Positions 29,913 to 39,131 of a stretch of DNA of 64,000 bases are shown here, one piece after another; position 1 is the stretch's first letter; each line of letters begins with the position of its first letter. Under the pieces are notes generated by a model. The model was not told the origin of the DNA, made no database searches, and saw only the letters and a program-made list of their open reading frames with translations. This DNA comes from Armatimonadota bacterium (GTDB lineage: Bacteria > Armatimonadota > SYMT01), in the NCBI GenBank assembly GCA_041690135.1, contig JAWLHY010000010.1:64001-128000 (forward strand), written 5' to 3'. The position numbers and the translations under genes were made by a program.

Positions 29913-30914
29913 ATGAGTTTCGACGTTTTTAGCATGTGCAACGCCCTGTACGACATCCAGGCCGAGGTCCACGACGAGATCCTGACGGAGCTGGAGCTGG
30001 AAAAAGGCAGTATGGTCCTGCTGAGTGAAGAACAGCAGGCGGCCATCGTGCCGCGGGTGTACACCCACATCGTCCACACGGAATCGGGTGGGTCAGGCGC
30101 CAACACGGCCTTCGGCGTGGCGCTGCTGGGCGGCACCGCCTGCTATACCAGTCGCGTGGGCGACGACGAGCACGCCGACCTGTATCGCGAGGGACTGGCG
30201 GCCCGCGGTGTGAAGCCGAACCTGGGTTCCGGGACCGGGGCCACGGGCGTGTCGCTGATCCTGGTGACGCCGGACGCCCAGCGGACCATGTGCACCTACC
30301 TGGGCCGCTCCCGCGAGCTGACGAGCGACGACCTGAACCTGGACGACCTGCGCGCCAGCAAGTACCTCTATGTGACCGCGTACCTGTGGGACACGGACAA
30401 CCAGAAGGCCGCCGTGCTCCGCGCGATGGAAGAAGCGAACCGCGCGGGGGTGAAGGTCGCGCTGAGCCTTTCGGACCCGTTTTGCGTACATCGCCACAAG
30501 CAGGAGCTGCTGGAACTGATTAGCAACCACGTCGACCTCCTGATCGGGAACCAGTCCGAGGCGGAGGTCCTGACCGACACCACCACGGCCGAAGACGCGC
30601 TGCGGGTGCTGGCCGGGCACAGTGAGATCGCCGTGGTGACGATGGACGAAAAGGGCTCGATGATCCGGCGCGGCGAGGAAGTGGTGACCATTCCGGTGTA
30701 CCCGGTGCGGCCGGTGGACACCACCGGGGCCGGCGACATGTACGCGGCGGGCCTTCTCTACGGCCTCACCCAGGGCTACTCGCTGGAGATCACCGGGCGC
30801 ATCGCCGCCTACGCCGCGGCGCAGGTGGTGGCGAAGATGGGCCCGCGCCTGGAAACAATCGACCACGACGCGCTGGCGAAACTGCGGGCGGGCACGGACT
30901 TCGCGGACCTTTGA
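29913..30914 (+). CDS. PfkB family sugar/adenosine kinase
   Basis: GGSGANT, DAQRTMCTYLG, VDTTGAGDMYAAG. Confidence 0.93.
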   Translation: MSFDVFSMCNALYDIQAEVHDEILTELELEKGSMVLLSEEQQAAIVPRVYTHIVHTESGGSGANTAFGVALLGGTACYTSRVGDDEHADLYREGLAARGVKPNLGSGTGATGVSLILVTPDAQRTMCTYLGRSRELTSDDLNLDDLRASKYLYVTAYLWDTDNQKAAVLRAMEEANRAGVKVALSLSDPFCVHRHKQELLELISNHVDLLIGNQSEAEVLTDTTTAEDALRVLAGHSEIAVVTMDEKGSMIRRGEEVVTIPVYPVRPVDTTGAGDMYAAGLLYGLTQGYSLEITGRIAAYAAAQVVAKMGPRLETIDHDALAKLRAGTDFADL

Positions 30915-31052
30915 GTTCATCCGCTAAGGTTTACACCGCACAGGAGTGCACGAAGGACACAAAGACGGAGTTATGAGGGGAGGGGTAGCGAATTGTGGGG
31001 GATTTGCGATTATTCCCCTCGGCACCGTGAACGTTGCCGCTGCGGTTAACTG

Positions 31053-31168
31053 TGGTCGCGAATGCCGTGTTCACAGCGGGTGCAACCCGTGTTCGGGAGT
31101 GTGCACGAGTTGCACCCGTTGCTCGGACCGCGACCAACGCCCTTGGCCCACACCCAGTGGGTACCCGG
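31053..31168. repeat. Nested inverted repeat plus REP-like copy 2
   Basis: Arms CGGGTGCAACCCGTG (31077-31091) and CACGAGTTGCACCCG (31104-31118), inside TGGTCGCG/CGCGACCA; GCCCACACCCAGTGGGTACCCGG at 31146-31168. Confidence 0.7.
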
Positions 31169-31254
31169 GACCCCGGCTCTGCTACCTCAGATAACCGTAA
31201 CCGGTTCGGTTGATCCCGCAGAGCGCCAACCTCATCCTGATCGTTATCCTTATC

Positions 31255-33054
31255 CTAATCCGTACCGGGGTATTCGGGGGCCAGGATCTTCTCTTCGGCT
31301 TCGGCGAGCAGGGCGGCAATCTCCTGTTGAATGGCCGCGATCCCCTCCTCCAACGGCACGATGCGGCTTTCGGAGGAGGTGCGCCGCTTCAACTCGATCC
31401 CGCCGTTCTTGAGCGACCGGCTGCTGATCGTCGCCCGGAGCGGGATCCCGATCAGGTCCGCGTCCGCGAACTTCACACCCGGGGCCGCTTCCCGGTCGTC
31501 GAAGAGCACCTCAACCCCCGCCGCGCGCAGGCCACGGTACAGTTCCTCGGCCTGGGCCTTCAGGTCGGCGTCGCCGCCGGTGAGCGCCACCAGGGAGAGT
31601 TGGTACGGTGCAACGGTAATCGGCAGGGTCAGGCCCCGCTCGTCGGCATACGCTTCCGCGAGGCAGGCCAGGAGGCGCCCCACGCCGATGCCGTAGGAGC
31701 CCATCACCACCGGTTTCGACTGCCCTTCCGCATCCAGGTAGTTGGCCTCCAGAGCCGCGGTATAGCGGGTGCCGAGCTGAAAGATATTGCCGACCTCCAC
31801 GCCCCGGACGAGGTGCAGGGCGCCGCCGCACTCCGGACAGGGCGCGCCTTCGTAGGCGGAAGCGATATCGGCGGTCGCGTCCGGACGGTAGTCCCGCCCC
31901 ACGTTCACGCCACGGTAGTGGAAACCTTCCTCGTTGGCGCCGGACACCAGGTTGGGGGAACCGGCCACCAGGTCGTCCACCACCACCCGGGTCCGGTTGC
32001 GGTCGACCCCGATCGGCGAGGCGTACCCCGGCACGGCGCCCGCCGCGCGGATCTCCTCGTCCGTCGCGGGCCGGAGCCAGCGCGCGGAGATCGCATTCGA
32101 AATCTTGGTCTCGTTGGCCTGGTGGTCGCCCCGCACCAGCGCCATTACCAGCACCTCGCGCGTGGCGTCGGGCTGAGCGCCGCTCTCGGCCGGCACTGCG
32201 GCCGTGAAGAACACCACCTTGGCGGTGCGGCTCTGGGGCACCTGCAGGAACTCCGCCAGCGCCTCGATGCTGCTCGTCCCCGGTGTGGCGACCTTCTCCA
32301 GGGGCTGCGCATCCTCGGCTTCAGGGGCATCCTTGCGGAACCGCGCCACCTGCTGGTTCGCGGAGTAGCCGCAAGCGTCGCACACCGCCAGGGTGTCCTC
32401 GCCGATGTCGCACAGGAACATGAACTCGTGCGCCAGCTTCCCGCCCATCATGCCGGTGTCGGACTTCACGGCGATGACGTTCGGAAGGCCGCAGCGGCTG
32501 AAGATGCGGAAGTAGGCGGTGTAGTGCGCCCGGTACTGCTTCTCCAGGCCCGCCTGGTCCACGTCCAGGCTATAAGAGTCCTTCATCGTGAACTCGCGGA
32601 CCCGGATCAGGCCGGCGCGGGGCCGGGGCTCGTCGCGGAACTTGGTCTGGAGCTGGTAAACCAGGGCGGGAAGCTGGCGGTACGAGCGGATCTCCCGGCG
32701 CACCAGGTCGGCCACCACCTCTTCGTGGGTCATCGCCAACACGAGATCCCGGTCGGCCCGGTCCTTCAGGCGGACCATTTCGTCGCCGATCTGGTACCAG
32801 CGACCCGTTTCCTGCCAGAGCTCGGCGGGATGAACCACGGGCATGGTGATCTCCTGCCCGTCGATGGCGTCCATCTCCTCGCGGATGATCTGCTCGATCT
32901 TGGCCATCGACCGGTGCCCGAACGGCAGGTAGGAAAAGATTCCCGCGGCAAGCTGGCGGACATAGGCCGCGCGGAGCAGAAGTTGATGACTCTGCACCTC
33001 TACGTCCGCGGGAGCAGCCCGCAGCGTGGTGCCGAAAACGTGGGACATTCGCAT
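31255..33054 (-). CDS. proS: Proline--tRNA ligase (bacterial type with INS editing domain)
   Basis: SHQLLLRA, MTHEE, KFRDEPRPRAGLIRVREFTMKDSYS, GVEVGNIFQLG, MGSYGIGVGR, GVKFADADLIG. Confidence 0.97.
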   Translation of the reverse strand: MRMSHVFGTTLRAAPADVEVQSHQLLLRAAYVRQLAAGIFSYLPFGHRSMAKIEQIIREEMDAIDGQEITMPVVHPAELWQETGRWYQIGDEMVRLKDRADRDLVLAMTHEEVVADLVRREIRSYRQLPALVYQLQTKFRDEPRPRAGLIRVREFTMKDSYSLDVDQAGLEKQYRAHYTAYFRIFSRCGLPNVIAVKSDTGMMGGKLAHEFMFLCDIGEDTLAVCDACGYSANQQVARFRKDAPEAEDAQPLEKVATPGTSSIEALAEFLQVPQSRTAKVVFFTAAVPAESGAQPDATREVLVMALVRGDHQANETKISNAISARWLRPATDEEIRAAGAVPGYASPIGVDRNRTRVVVDDLVAGSPNLVSGANEEGFHYRGVNVGRDYRPDATADIASAYEGAPCPECGGALHLVRGVEVGNIFQLGTRYTAALEANYLDAEGQSKPVVMGSYGIGVGRLLACLAEAYADERGLTLPITVAPYQLSLVALTGGDADLKAQAEELYRGLRAAGVEVLFDDREAAPGVKFADADLIGIPLRATISSRSLKNGGIELKRRTSSESRIVPLEEGIAAIQQEIAALLAEAEEKILAPEYPGTD

Positions 33055-33245
33055 GGTCGTTTAAGAAATCTTTCTTTCCACCGGCCTTCCTCACCCGCGG
33101 CAGGAATTCCCGGCGGCGGCGAGGGAGTTGTGCACAGGGAGCGAGCGCCGGCTTCCCTCACGGTGGCTCACCCTACCGTTCGATGGTAACGGACGGGCGC
33201 ATCTTCAGGCAAGTTGAGTCTGCAGGTTGGAGGAGAACCCGCCCC

Positions 33246-33524
33246 ATGATCGCCTATAAAGACTTCGTTCCGAGACAGATCCGGGCGCCGCGCCTGTCGT
33301 TCAACCCGGCGGATGCCACGGGAGAATACGAAACCTTCGGCGCCGCCGTGGACGCGGCGAACCGCTGGCTCAAGCAGAACGACTTGAAGGTCCTCCAGAT
33401 GGAGACCGTCGTGCTGCCGAATATCTGGGCAACCTGGGAGCAGGGCACCCAGGACTCCTCGCTGATGACCCACGAGGGCGCCATGTGGCACCAGTTCCTG
33501 CGCGTGTGGTACGAGCTGGAATGA
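33246..33524 (+). CDS. Hypothetical protein
   Basis: RBS GGAGG; MIAYKDFVP...ETVVLPN...QFLRVWY; codon usage like neighbouring genes. Confidence 0.75.
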   Translation: MIAYKDFVPRQIRAPRLSFNPADATGEYETFGAAVDAANRWLKQNDLKVLQMETVVLPNIWATWEQGTQDSSLMTHEGAMWHQFLRVWYELE

Positions 33525-33526
33525 GG

Positions 33527-33564
33527 ATGGGGCCTGTTCTTACCCCGGTAAGAACAGGCCCCAT
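33527..33564. terminator. Perfect 18-bp inverted repeat immediately after a stop codon
   Basis: ATGGGGCCTGTTCTTACC-CC-GGTAAGAACAGGCCCCAT; no U-tract. Confidence 0.6.
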
Positions 33565-33619
33565 TGAGACCTGGCAACGAGTACCCGTTTCGGTGCCGGG
33601 AGCCGACGCAGATTTACGC

Positions 33620-33652
33620 CCGGGTACCCACGGAGTGGGTGTGGGTGTCGGC
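33620..33652 (+). repeat. REP-like copy 3
   Basis: CCGGGTACCCACGGAGTGGGTGTGGGTGTCGGC. Confidence 0.7.
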
Positions 33653-33708
33653 TTTGCAATATGTAGGCGCGAGTTTACTCGTCCAGCCGCTTTGGAAGAT
33701 CCTCACCG

Positions 33709-36700
33709 TTATTCTTCGAGCTTGATCCCGAAGTGCTGCGCGAACATTGCCTGCGCGATGGGCGCGGCGACCCGCCCGCCCTGTCCGGCTCCTTCCACGA
33801 TGACGGCCACTGCCAGCTTCGGATCGTTTACCGGCGCCAGGGAAATGAACCAGGCGTGGTCATCGCCATGGGGGTTCTCCGCCGTGCCGGTCTTGCCACC
33901 GACTTCCAGTCCCGGAATGCGCGCCCGGCCGCCGGTGCCGGCTTTCACCACACTCGCCATCATCCGGCGGACGTGCTGGGCGGCCTGCGGGTCGACGCCC
34001 GTCAACCAGGGCTCCGGCTCCGTCGTTTGCAGCACGGTACCGTCGGGAGCTTCGTAACGTTCAATCACGTAAGGCTTCATAATCGTGCCGTTGTTGCCGA
34101 TGCCCGCGGCCACCAGGGCCATCTGCAGCGGCGTCACGGCCAGTGGTCCCTGCCCGAAGCCGATCTGTGGCGGGATCGAGGGCCATGGCTCGTTGTAGGG
34201 ATCGAGAAGCCCACGCGCGGTCTCCACCGACATGGGTGGCGTAACCCCGATACCCAGGCGCTTGGCGCCTTCGATCAGGCGTTCCTTGCCCAGCTTCAAG
34301 CCAACCTTTCCGAACGTGACGTTACAGGAGACCCGCAGGGCATCCGCGAAAGTGAGGCCACCGTGGGCCTTTCCCCCGAAGCAGCGCCAGGTATAGTTGC
34401 CTACGCTGGCATAGCCGGGACAGGAGAACCGCGTTTCCGGCGTAACCACGCCTTCGTTCAGGGCGATCGCCGCGGTGACCACTTTGAACGTGGAGCCGGG
34501 CGGATACACGCCCTGGGTCGCGGGGAAGAGCAACGGGTTCCGCGGATCGCTGGTCAACTCCTCCCAGCGTTCGTCCACCCGGTGCAGGGGGTAACGCGGG
34601 TTGCTCACAATCGCGCGGATGGCGCCCGTGCGAGGATCGATGGCCACGATGGACCCCTTACGCTCGCCCAGCAGCTCGGCGGCCTTCTTCTGCAGACCCA
34701 GGTTGATCGTCAGGCGCACGTTATCGCCCGGCAGCGCCTGTGCGGCGCGGTCGAGGGCTCCGGCAATGCTCCGGTAGTGGCGCATTCCCTGCAGCGCGGC
34801 ATCGGCTTCTCCTTCGACGCCTGTCTTACCATGGCGCTGGCTGCTGTATCCCAAAATGCCGGACAGCAGGCTGCCGGTAGGTGTATGCCGCCGGTACTCC
34901 CCATCCTTATAGATGGACTGCGAGATGACCTCGCCATGCACCGAAAGGATCTGCCCGCGGTTGATCTGGGGCGCGATGATCGTGAGGCGAGGATTGTTCT
35001 TACTGCGGGTCAGGGCGCTCGCTTCCCGTATCTGCCAATGGAACAACAGCGCGCCGAGCCCGGCGAAGCCGAGGGTTACGCCCGCCATCACCCAGCCCAT
35101 CTGCCGCTTCCACGAAAAGCGGTTGGGCCGCCGCGCTCGGACCGCCACCGGCTGGGCCGCCGCGCCGCTCACCCCCATGAGCACGCCGATCAGTGCCAGG
35201 TTCACCACCAGCGAGGTGCCGCCGTAACTGACGAACGGGAGCGTCACCCCGGTCAGGGGCAGCAACCGGACGAGCCCGCCCACGATGACCAGGGTCTGCA
35301 GCGCCAGCACGGTGCTGAGGCCGGCGGCGAGGAGACCGAGGAAATCGTCGTCCGCGCGGCGTGCCGCGCGGTAACCCCGGAAGATCAGGATGCCGAGGAG
35401 TGACAGTACCGCCAGTGATCCCAGCAGGCCCAGTTCCTCGCCGATCACCGCCATGGGCAGGTCGGTGTGCGCCGCCGGAATGAGATGCGGAAAGCCCTTG
35501 CCCAGGCCCACGCCTTCCAGGCCACCCGCCGCCAGGGCATACAGTCCCTGGCTGATCTGGTAGCCGAGCCCCTGCGGGTCCTGCCACGGATCGAGCCACA
35601 AGCTCACCCGTTCGCGGACCCGGTCGAAGGCCGCCGCGCTGAGGATCGCGCCGAAGGCGAAGGCGCCGATGCTCACCAGAACGAAGATGACCCGGCCGCT
35701 CGCCATCCCCAGAAACGCCACGAATAGGCCGAAGAAGAGGAGCGCCGTCCCCAGGTCCCGCTGGACCACCAGCAGCCCCAGGGCCACCGCCAGCGCCAGG
35801 ACCATCGGTCCCACGTAGCGGATGTCCGAGCGCGTGAGGCCCCAGCTCCGGCCGGACCGGGCGACCAGCTCCTGGCGCTCGCTGAGCAGCCCGGCCAGGA
35901 AGATCGCCAGCAGCAGCTTCGCCGGTTCGGCCGGCTGGAACTGGAACCCGAGAAGGTTCACGGAGAGCCGCTGGCCCCCGACCTCATTCCCTACAAACAG
36001 GGTGGCCACCAGGAGTCCCAGGCCGGTAACCAGGGCCAGGTAGCGGTACCGTCCCAGGGACTTCAGCGGCAGGACCCCGGCAAGGGTGAGGGCGCCGAGG
36101 CCCAGCCCACCCGCCAGTGCCTGGTTCGTGTAAAGGTCCGGGCGGGTCCGCAGTACGATCGCCAGACCCAATCCGAAGAGGGCCAGTGCGCTCGGAACCA
36201 GCAGCGGGTCGATCACCACGCGCCGGCGTCGCACGAGGAAGGTTGCCAGCCAGGCCCCCGCAACCAGCCCCAGGCTCCACTGGTGTACTTCGGCCGATGG
36301 GGGCCGGGCCGCACTTGCCGTGCCCCAGGCCGACCACTGCATGAAGAGGAAGAGCGAGCTGGAAAGTGCCAGCAGGAACCACACCCACAGGTGCGGCTGC
36401 CAGGGGGCCCGGCGCTCCTGCCGGAAGCGGAACGGCTGCTCCGCCACCTCCACCATGTCGCCGTCTCGCAGCGCAATGCTGCGGTCCAGGCGGACGCCGT
36501 TGACCTTGACCCCCGACTGGCTCCCGAGGTCCTTCATCCAGTAGGTCGCCTGTTCCGGGATCACGGCCGCATGCCTTAAGGCCACGGTGCGGTAGGCCAG
36601 GCGGATATCCGCTTCGGCCGCCCGGCCGATGATCACATCGTGTCCGTTCAGCTCATGCCGCTGTCCCGGCGGCATTTCGCCGCCGGGAAGGGAAATCAGG

Positions 36701-36870
36701 GATGCGCTTCCGGCCCTTCCTTTCCAGGAGCGCAGCGCCAGCTCCCAGATACCGTAAAAAAGGGCCAGCCCAACGAGCAGCCACAGCCCGATCTGGATGG
36801 TTTGGGTATCACCCGGCAGGTACCCGTCGATCCAGTTGAGGGCCGATTGTAGCCAGAGATCAATCCGCAT
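33709..36870 (-). CDS. Fusion protein: TM-FHA (FhaB-like), SEDS RodA/FtsW glycosyltransferase and class B PBP transpeptidase (PbpA-like)
   Basis: 1053 aa. FHA: IIGR. SEDS: FQPAEPAK, QRDLGTAL, AHTD, LPLTGVTLPFVSYGG. PBP: GSTFK, SCN, KTGT. Confidence 0.93.
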   Translation of the reverse strand: MRIDLWLQSALNWIDGYLPGDTQTIQIGLWLLVGLALFYGIWELALRSWKGRAGSASLISLPGGEMPPGQRHELNGHDVIIGRAAEADIRLAYRTVALRHAAVIPEQATYWMKDLGSQSGVKVNGVRLDRSIALRDGDMVEVAEQPFRFRQERRAPWQPHLWVWFLLALSSSLFLFMQWSAWGTASAARPPSAEVHQWSLGLVAGAWLATFLVRRRRVVIDPLLVPSALALFGLGLAIVLRTRPDLYTNQALAGGLGLGALTLAGVLPLKSLGRYRYLALVTGLGLLVATLFVGNEVGGQRLSVNLLGFQFQPAEPAKLLLAIFLAGLLSERQELVARSGRSWGLTRSDIRYVGPMVLALAVALGLLVVQRDLGTALLFFGLFVAFLGMASGRVIFVLVSIGAFAFGAILSAAAFDRVRERVSLWLDPWQDPQGLGYQISQGLYALAAGGLEGVGLGKGFPHLIPAAHTDLPMAVIGEELGLLGSLAVLSLLGILIFRGYRAARRADDDFLGLLAAGLSTVLALQTLVIVGGLVRLLPLTGVTLPFVSYGGTSLVVNLALIGVLMGVSGAAAQPVAVRARRPNRFSWKRQMGWVMAGVTLGFAGLGALLFHWQIREASALTRSKNNPRLTIIAPQINRGQILSVHGEVISQSIYKDGEYRRHTPTGSLLSGILGYSSQRHGKTGVEGEADAALQGMRHYRSIAGALDRAAQALPGDNVRLTINLGLQKKAAELLGERKGSIVAIDPRTGAIRAIVSNPRYPLHRVDERWEELTSDPRNPLLFPATQGVYPPGSTFKVVTAAIALNEGVVTPETRFSCPGYASVGNYTWRCFGGKAHGGLTFADALRVSCNVTFGKVGLKLGKERLIEGAKRLGIGVTPPMSVETARGLLDPYNEPWPSIPPQIGFGQGPLAVTPLQMALVAAGIGNNGTIMKPYVIERYEAPDGTVLQTTEPEPWLTGVDPQAAQHVRRMMASVVKAGTGGRARIPGLEVGGKTGTAENPHGDDHAWFISLAPVNDPKLAVAVIVEGAGQGGRVAAPIAQAMFAQHFGIKLEE

Positions 36871-37645
36871 GGACCGGGTCCCTCACCTCGGAAGCGGCCA
36901 GGCGGAAACGGAATACGTTTCGGCCGATCCGCACCACGTCGCCGTCGCGCAGGCGGCCGTCGTGTTCCTCATCATCGTTGATCAGGAGCGATGGTCCGCC
37001 ATCCAGCCCTACCTCTTCCAAGCGCCAGGAGTTGCCGTCCGGCTCGATCCGCGCGTACTTCGGCGGAATCTCCGGGTCCTGCAGCCGGATATCGCACTCC
37101 GTGCTGCGTCCCAGGAACATCGTCCGGGGAAGAAGGGTGAACGTCCGGTTCGCATCGGGGCCCCGTTCCACCTGAAGTCTTCCAACGTGCTCCTCCGGCG
37201 CGAACTGGAAGTCGAAACCCAGCCCCTTGCGGGCCGCCTCTTCCGCGAGGCGCACATCGTCTAGCGAACCATGGATGCGCATCCGTCCTCGCCCGACCTT
37301 TTCTTGCGCGGTCAGCGTGACCTGGATGGGACCCGTCACGGCATAGTCGCGGTCGATGACCCACTCGCCGACGAACCGCTGAAATTCGGCCTGCAACTCC
37401 AGCGCGATCGGCTGGAGGGTGGCCATGTCCTTGGGGTGGAGACCCACGACGAAGCGATTGGGGACGAAGACCCGGTTGAGGGTGATGATCTTTTGCTCTT
37501 CCGCCTCACGAGTCAGGCGACGAGCCACCTCCAACGGTTGGATCTTCCCCCGGAGGATCAAGCCGAAAGCGCCTTCCACCACGCTTTCAACCATCGACTC
37601 GAGACGTTCCAGCAGCACTTTTTGTGTTCTCCCGGGATGTTCCAA
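36860..37645 (-). CDS. FhaA-like protein (DUF3662 and FHA)
   Basis: LERLE..VEGAF...IQPLEVARRL...VPNRFVVGLHPKD (DUF3662); C-terminal LGR...LRDGDVVRIG. Confidence 0.9.
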   Translation of the reverse strand: MEHPGRTQKVLLERLESMVESVVEGAFGLILRGKIQPLEVARRLTREAEEQKIITLNRVFVPNRFVVGLHPKDMATLQPIALELQAEFQRFVGEWVIDRDYAVTGPIQVTLTAQEKVGRGRMRIHGSLDDVRLAEEAARKGLGFDFQFAPEEHVGRLQVERGPDANRTFTLLPRTMFLGRSTECDIRLQDPEIPPKYARIEPDGNSWRLEEVGLDGGPSLLINDDEEHDGRLRDGDVVRIGRNVFRFRLAASEVRDPVHAD

Positions 37646-37835
37646 AACCTAATGACATCCGGTTATCCCCAGAATGCCAGCTTGCTATTCGCGTTGCACG
37701 ACGGACTTGATTCGGGTTCCGAGAAGTCCGGCACTTCGGCGCGACTCCGGGATAAGGTTCCTCTGCGGGAGAAGCAACGGCGCGCGGGAGACGTGCGCGC
37801 GGTGGGACTGCACGGTAACGTGGGGAGATCGAGGG

Positions 37836-38897
37836 ATGAGGATCATGCTGGTGGGCCGCAACGCCCAGATCGGCGGCGGCAGCACCTTCCGGTTGAATAT
37901 CGGCCGGGGCCTCCAGGAACGGGGCCACCAGGTAGCGATTGCGGCCTCCGGAGGGCCGATGGTGGAGCGCTACCGCAAGGCGGGACTCGCTTTTCACTGG
38001 GTACCCGCCTTCGAGTTCTGCGCCCCCCTCCTCCTCCGCGCAATGAACCACGAGCGGACGGAGTTGATCCACGCCTCGAACACGACCGCGGGCGATGTGG
38101 CGCTGATTGCCTCCCAGAAGTCCGGGGTGCCGCTGGTGGTTTCCCTCCACAACACCATCGCCGATCACGAGGCGCGGCATGTGTGCCTCAAGGAGGCCCG
38201 GCGCATCCTGGTGTTCGACTCCGGGGCGGCCCAGAGCGCCGGCAAGTTCACCCAGGAGTTCGACACGTCGAAGATCCTGCAGCTCCCTCGCCCCGTGGAG
38301 CATCGCCCCATCCGCCAGGAGGACGTGACCCCTCTGGACGTGGTGTACGTGGCCCGGCTGAGCAGTCGCAAGGGCAAGGTGGCGATGAGCCTGATCGAGG
38401 CGTTCGGTGAGTTTGCCCGGGAGAACAGCGGCGCGCGGCTGCGGATCCTCGGGGGCGGCTCACGCAAGGCCGAGGTGACGCGGCTGGCCAACGAAGTCGC
38501 GGCGGCCTCCGGGTGCGAGATCAACGTGACGGGTCCCGTGCTCGATCCCGGCGCGCTGCTCGGCTCCACCGGAGTGCTGGTGGGCGCCGGTTACGCCGCA
38601 CTGGAGGCCGTGATGCAGGGGCGCGCCGTGGTCGGCGCCGGGTTCAACGGCTACGGCATGGTCACCGAGGAGAATCTCTTCGATGCCATCAACTGCAACT
38701 TCGGCGACACGGTCCACCGCTGGGACATGACGTCCGAGAATTTCCTTCAAGCCCTGCGGACCCTTAACACGGCCTGGTCCGACCCCGCGACGCGTTCCCG
38801 CTACTGGGGTCTGGACCGGATTGCGGCGCCCCAGCATGGGATCGCCGCCGTCGCCGCCCGGTTGGAAGCGGTCTACCAGGAAGTCCAGGGCGCCTGA
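37836..38897 (+). CDS. Glycosyltransferase, GT-B/GT4-like
   Basis: IGGG...L..RGHQV, VYVARLS..KG, ALEAVMQGRAVV. Confidence 0.85.
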   Translation: MRIMLVGRNAQIGGGSTFRLNIGRGLQERGHQVAIAASGGPMVERYRKAGLAFHWVPAFEFCAPLLLRAMNHERTELIHASNTTAGDVALIASQKSGVPLVVSLHNTIADHEARHVCLKEARRILVFDSGAAQSAGKFTQEFDTSKILQLPRPVEHRPIRQEDVTPLDVVYVARLSSRKGKVAMSLIEAFGEFARENSGARLRILGGGSRKAEVTRLANEVAAASGCEINVTGPVLDPGALLGSTGVLVGAGYAALEAVMQGRAVVGAGFNGYGMVTEENLFDAINCNFGDTVHRWDMTSENFLQALRTLNTAWSDPATRSRYWGLDRIAAPQHGIAAVAARLEAVYQEVQGA

Positions 38898-39131
38898 GCA
38901 AGACCGCCGAGCAGAGGAACCGTTTTGCCCGCGGAACACACGGAATTACGCGGAAGGGGACGGAAGCAGACGGAAAAGGACGGAAGGGAGCGGAAGGGCC
39001 CCGCGACGGGCTGAAGCCGCACCCCCCGTGTTGGCGAGCTATACGGGCGTTTCGGCGCTCCCGTTACCCTCGGAGGTGTCCGTACGGACTCAGTCCGGCG
39101 AGGAGATGGGCACCCTTATCAGCGATTCTGT

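Noticed and set aside
30946-31194. Cys-rich 82-aa ORF as a RiPP precursor or metallothionein
   Set aside because: The Cys-rich part coincides with the TGC-containing palindrome and other repeats; no RBS and no modifying enzyme nearby.
31210-33189. 659-aa plus-strand ORF and similar long ORFs (11857..14007, 58740..60968, 19429..21018, 47..754)
   Set aside because: Antisense shadows of proS, purL, the PSD1 gene, purD and the enolase-family gene.
33055-33245. T-box riboswitch upstream of proS
   Set aside because: No GGTGGNACC T-box motif or terminator/antiterminator on the minus strand.
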